Virus record (IMG/VR): IMGVR_UViG_3300042450_001700
Reading direction: 5' to 3' (one strand)
Length of the DNA stretch: 20,000 nucleotides
Origin: an uncultured virus (IMG/VR IMGVR_UViG_3300042450_001700)
Taxonomy: Duplodnaviria; Heunggongvirae; Uroviricota; Caudoviricetes
In this document: positions 16,428 through 20,000 of the stretch, piece after piece
Position numbering within the stretch: position 1 is the first letter of the stretch
How the letters are laid out: every line of letters starts with the position of its first letter
Program-made: the position numbers and the translations under genes
Notes under the pieces: generated by a model
What the model was told of the DNA's origin: nothing
Seen by the model: the letters and a program-made list of their open reading frames with translations, nothing else
Database searches by the model: none

Positions 16428-17222
16428 TTACGCTGAAGCCAGCGAAGAAGGAACGTAAGCGCAATCGTCGATTGGTGAAGGCAGTGAGTCAACACACTTC
16501 CAAGCCACAGGGCCACCAGCCTGAATTGCAGCCTGATCGGTCGTTGTCCAACTATCAGCCTCGGAACCGAATGGCAGGATTGCCGGGGCAGGCCCAGTTG
16601 GGTGACCGGCAGGATCGCCGGAACCCGGAACCCAAGACGGGAATTCTGCACCCGGCATTGAAGGGAACCAGCAAGCGTTGTTCTGAGCGTAACCAGAAAG
16701 GGTTAGCTCAAGCGCACCGATAGTGAAGTTCAAGCCGCCGGAAAGTTCCCAGTTCTTGGTCAGAGGGAATACCCAATGGATGTACTGCGAGCTATTCACT
16801 CCGTCGATTGCGCAGGAGTTGCCAGCGTTCTGTGACCACAGTTCCAACATCTTCGACTCAGTACAAGGATCGTCAAGCGAGTTACGCATCGCAGCACCGA
16901 GGAAGTTACCGTCGCCGTCCGAAAGCAATGTTGCGTTGATAAGCATTTCGACGAGAGGAAGCGGAATACCGCAAAGCTTCAACTCAACCTCAAAGCCTTT
17001 GAGCCGGTTGCAGTCCTTGTTGCGGATACAGATTTCGCCATTCCCGTTCTTCGTTGTGATGTCTTCGCCATCCTCAACGTCAGGGGACATGTTTAGTTCC
17101 ATGAACCCGGATGTAAGCACACGGCTATTCGGGGTCAACGGGTCAAGTACAACATCATTGCCATCCTGTCGGGTGACACGGATTGCACATGCTTTGATTG
17201 ACTTCGGGCAACAAATCGTCAT
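16428..17222 (-). CDS. Major tail (tube) protein, 264 aa
   Basis: IRVTRQD, SPDVEDGEDITTKNGNGEIC, ELKLCG, LELWS and YIHWVFP match actinophage major tail proteins. It has a strong AGGAGG RBS and is followed by a terminator. Confidence 0.88.
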   Translation of the reverse strand: MTICCPKSIKACAIRVTRQDGNDVVLDPLTPNSRVLTSGFMELNMSPDVEDGEDITTKNGNGEICIRNKDCNRLKGFEVELKLCGIPLPLVEMLINATLLSDGDGNFLGAAMRNSLDDPCTESKMLELWSQNAGNSCAIDGVNSSQYIHWVFPLTKNWELSGGLNFTIGALELTLSGYAQNNACWFPSMPGAEFPSWVPGSGDPAGHPTGPAPAILPFGSEADSWTTTDQAAIQAGGPVAWKCVDSLPSPIDDCAYVPSSLASA

Positions 17223-17263
17223 TACTGACCCTCCTACGGATCGACTCTGTTGGACTCTAACCC

Positions 17264-17269
17264 AGCATA
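17264..17269 (-). promoter_or_regulatory. Putative -10 element (TATGCT) upstream of the major tail gene
   Basis: TAnnnT hexamer in the 63-bp intergenic gap upstream of the RBS. No clear -35. Confidence 0.4.
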
Positions 17270-17285
17270 CGCTTCACTGGAAGGA

Positions 17286-17777
17286 TTAGGCGGATAGCGT
17301 AGCGATCAAACCTTTACGAGCTTTGCCTGCAACTTCGGCTTTCAACGCAACCTTCTTACGGTCAGCGTTATCCCCCACCCAAGCAAGAACTTCAGAGACA
17401 GTCATCTCAGCAACATCAGGTTCAACCTCAACCTCAACAACAGGTTTAGGGTTTACAACCTCAACAGGGGGAACAACCGCAACTGGCCCGGTGGCAGCGG
17501 GCGCTTCAACAAACTCTGTGTCACGCACATTCCACGGTTGACCTGAACGAGTTACCTTCATCACTTCTCCAAACAGTAAACCGTGTTCCTCGGTTGAAAC
17601 ACAGAACCCATCAACAAATTCTGCGACTACGTTACCCTCAGAATTACCGGGAACAACAACAGTCGCTTTGGGAAGTCTAAACCTGACTAGACCACCTGTC
17701 CGGTTTACAAGATGGCAGAACGCTTGATCGCCCATCACTTTCACATCAGCGCTAACCAGCGGCCCTATAACAGGCAT
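17286..17777 (-). CDS. Hypothetical, probably virion-associated protein (~163 aa) with a C-terminal short helical motif
   Basis: ATG 17777 overlaps the upstream TGA (TGATG). A V/P/E-rich linker precedes MTVSEVLAWVGDNADRKKVALKAEVAGKARKGLI, a motif common in small genes of actinophage head-tail regions. Confidence 0.75.
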   Translation of the reverse strand: MPVIGPLVSADVKVMGDQAFCHLVNRTGGLVRFRLPKATVVVPGNSEGNVVAEFVDGFCVSTEEHGLLFGEVMKVTRSGQPWNVRDTEFVEAPAATGPVAVVPPVEVVNPKPVVEVEVEPDVAEMTVSEVLAWVGDNADRKKVALKAEVAGKARKGLIATLSA

Positions 17778-18691
17778 CACACACCAACCCAAAAGTTTGT
17801 TGCACCAATAGGCATCTGAAACTCGGACACCTCAGAAAAACGCATCAGTTCAGGTTCGCTTTGAGGTACCGGCCCGCAATCATCCAGCACCCCCGGTAGA
17901 GAATCAACACACTTGTAAGCCAACGCCCCGCCCAACCTGATCTGTTCCATGTCCGCCACAGTCCACGAATCAGCCACAACACCCGCAGGCAAAACGCAAG
18001 GAGCGGGACCGCCAACATACGGCTCAAAATCCTGATAAGACGGAAAGTGGGGACCGGGCATCGAAGGGTAAAACATTGGGTTCTTCTTCGCGTAACCAGA
18101 CAACGACAACTCGGCAGCACCAATGTTGAAGTTCAACCCGCCAGACATCGCCCAGCGGTCCGTGTACGGCAACACCCAATGAATGTAACCGCCAAGCGTG
18201 TTCCCCGCAGCGTCACAAGTCGTCGCAGCGTTCTTCGACCACAAGTCAATGATGAAACCGAGGCAAGCACCGCCGTTCTCCATATCGTTATTGAACGTCT
18301 GCCCCACAACACTCGTATCCCCGCAGAAGTCATCAACCAAATTGTTTCCGGCAGACAGACCATCTAACAACTTGTTTGCAATCGTCGGCATCCCACACAG
18401 TTTCAACTCAAGATTGAAACCTTTCATCTGATCGGGTGGCCGATGAACAACACCAATGCTGTTAGCAGCAGGGTTCATCATCAGAGTTTCATTCGCCTGC
18501 TCATAATCAGGTGAAATAACCAGTTCAGAAAACCCTGATGTCTGCCAACGAGTAAACGGTGTCGTCGGCGCAGGAGGAAACGGAATCAACGGATCACCCG
18601 ACAAGTACGACCCGTAAAACAAATCAAGCGGAGTGATACGAATAGCAAGCGCTTTGATTGACTTAGGACAGCAATCGAATAAGACCGCCAC
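17777..18691 (-). CDS. Second, divergent major-tail-protein paralog, 304 aa
   Basis: Collinear similarity to 16428..17222 (CCPKSIKA.AIR, TSGF.EL..SPD.E, ELKLCG, YIHWV.P, SGGLNF.IGA.EL.LSGYA, ADSWT, KCVDSLP). Confidence 0.88.
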   Translation of the reverse strand: MAVLFDCCPKSIKALAIRITPLDLFYGSYLSGDPLIPFPPAPTTPFTRWQTSGFSELVISPDYEQANETLMMNPAANSIGVVHRPPDQMKGFNLELKLCGMPTIANKLLDGLSAGNNLVDDFCGDTSVVGQTFNNDMENGGACLGFIIDLWSKNAATTCDAAGNTLGGYIHWVLPYTDRWAMSGGLNFNIGAAELSLSGYAKKNPMFYPSMPGPHFPSYQDFEPYVGGPAPCVLPAGVVADSWTVADMEQIRLGGALAYKCVDSLPGVLDDCGPVPQSEPELMRFSEVSEFQMPIGATNFWVGV

Positions 18692-18693
18692 GA

Positions 18694-19929
18694 TCAGACC
18701 AGAGCTTCCTCAAAGTCAACCAACACAGCAAACATGCAACACCCGTCAGGGTTTACCGCAGCAGTCCGCTCACCCCTATACGTCACCGTGTTCGTCGCCC
18801 GGTCCAACGCCTCAGCCATCGTCTCAGGGTAAATCATCGGCTCGCCCAGCCGGATGTCAACCATCCCTGTTGCGTATATCCACGCCTCGGTGTCAGCAAG
18901 TTCGTTAGCGGCAGCAAACGGGCCAACAGTCCGGTCGTAACCTGAACCAACAATAACAATGTCGCCGCGTGAACGAGTCAGCATCCTGCACTCACCCTCA
19001 TCACAAGCAGGGTCATCGTCGATCAGATACCACTGCGCTAGGCGCTCGGCTACAACAGGCGGAGTATGGATCATGCCCCTACTACCTGTCGAACAAACAC
19101 CTAAAGCTTGCTCAAGCAACGCTAAACCTAAAGCAGGATTGACCGCCACAGGAGCGGCCCAGCCGCCGGGGTTCACGATGTTCGCAGCCGGAGTCCAATA
19201 TCTCAAGTTGATATTTGCGAGGTTGAGTTCGCCCGTCCAGAACTCGCGTTCAATCGCCTTGCCAGTACCGGCAGCGAGTTGCCGCAACGCTTTGCCCCGA
19301 TAGTCGTTTGCCTCGAACCCCCACGACGAACAGGTGTAAGGCACTTCAACAACAAACGGTTGATACTGAAGTGGTGACTGATCGCCGTCGTAATCCTTCT
19401 TCACATCGGGTGGTTCAAGAAAGCCCGGAATCTGAAGCGGAACAATATCAAAATCCACAAAGTCAGCTAAGTCAATGTCCACAGGTTGCGGACCAAGAAA
19501 CGGTATATCAGTACTGTTTGAGTTCAACATGATAATGAGAGGGGTAACTTGACCTTGCCCAAAAGTACCAGCAGGACCACCAAGAACCTCATACTGGCTA
19601 GGAGGCCAACCCGACTGCTCAATCGCAGCACCAACTTCATCAGCCGTAGCATCCCACGGAATAGGATCAGAAATACTCCCACCCTCATTACCAGTGTTAT
19701 CCCACGCCCAAGTCCCACCCGTCGCAGCAACAGTCAAACTAATGATGAACACGCTGTCAGCGCCGCACGGAATCCAAACCTCAGACATAATGCAATTCTC
19801 AGGTTGGAAAACAAAGCCGCCTTCCCAACGAGAATCAGGCTCAACAACAACATTTGCCGAGTCCAACAACCCATGCAAAGCCCGCTCAGTAGCAGGCGGA
19901 CGAACAACAGCTTCAGGTGAAATACCCAC
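18694..19929 (-). CDS. Putative major capsid pentamer-type protein, 411 aa, with an inserted ~110-aa domain
   Basis: N-terminal PP...HGLL...RWEGG, then PFVVE..TCS, A.RQL....KAIEREFW, LALLEQAL, GMIH, IVGSGY, WIYATG.V.I and NTVTYRGER resemble the capsid-fold protein encoded after the hexamer gene in Rosebush-like phages. AGGAG RBS before the GTG. Confidence 0.7.
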   Translation of the reverse strand: MGISPEAVVRPPATERALHGLLDSANVVVEPDSRWEGGFVFQPENCIMSEVWIPCGADSVFIISLTVAATGGTWAWDNTGNEGGSISDPIPWDATADEVGAAIEQSGWPPSQYEVLGGPAGTFGQGQVTPLIIMLNSNSTDIPFLGPQPVDIDLADFVDFDIVPLQIPGFLEPPDVKKDYDGDQSPLQYQPFVVEVPYTCSSWGFEANDYRGKALRQLAAGTGKAIEREFWTGELNLANINLRYWTPAANIVNPGGWAAPVAVNPALGLALLEQALGVCSTGSRGMIHTPPVVAERLAQWYLIDDDPACDEGECRMLTRSRGDIVIVGSGYDRTVGPFAAANELADTEAWIYATGMVDIRLGEPMIYPETMAEALDRATNTVTYRGERTAAVNPDGCCMFAVLVDFEEALV

Positions 19930-20000
19930 AGGACCAACTCCTACTCAGGGAACAGACCCCAACACTAGCCTGAACACACCCAACGTAGGGTGAGAGTCAA

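Noticed and set aside
16428..18691. Tube-gene duplication as an assembly artefact, or as a contractile injection system with two tube genes
   Set aside because: The copies are heavily diverged with indels, so they are not an artefact. No sheath or baseplate wedge genes are seen, and head-joining genes plus a long TMP indicate a siphophage.
19930..20000. Possible 3' end of an upstream capsid gene
   Set aside because: Only 71 nt are visible and no frame is recognisable.

Overview
A 20 kb segment of a tailed dsDNA phage (or prophage) virion-morphogenesis region, read almost entirely on the minus strand. Gene order and protein motifs resemble actinobacteriophages with separate capsid hexamer and pentamer proteins (Rosebush/cluster-B-like architecture; recognised from memory, not from a search). 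In transcription order: putative capsid pentamer-type protein, tail-tube paralog 1, a small structural-type protein, tail-tube paralog 2, a ~4 kb accessory insert (convergent 3-gene + strand operon, HTH protein, DUF1360-like membrane protein, Zn-finger micro-ORF, adenine methyltransferase, HNH nuclease, three small hypotheticals), head-to-tail adaptor, tail terminator, HK97 gp10-like protein, tail assembly chaperone with a probable non-canonical -1 frameshift, a 2211-aa tape measure protein with a C-terminal metallopeptidase motif, a Dit-like protein and a Tal-like protein that runs off the left edge. The main oddities are the duplicated tail-tube gene, one related accessory domain inserted into both the capsid-type protein and the adaptor, further insertions in the Dit-like and Tal-like proteins, Cys-rich shell proteins next to an apparently Cys-free tape measure, and leaderless promoter cassettes with a shared upstream motif inside the structural operon.
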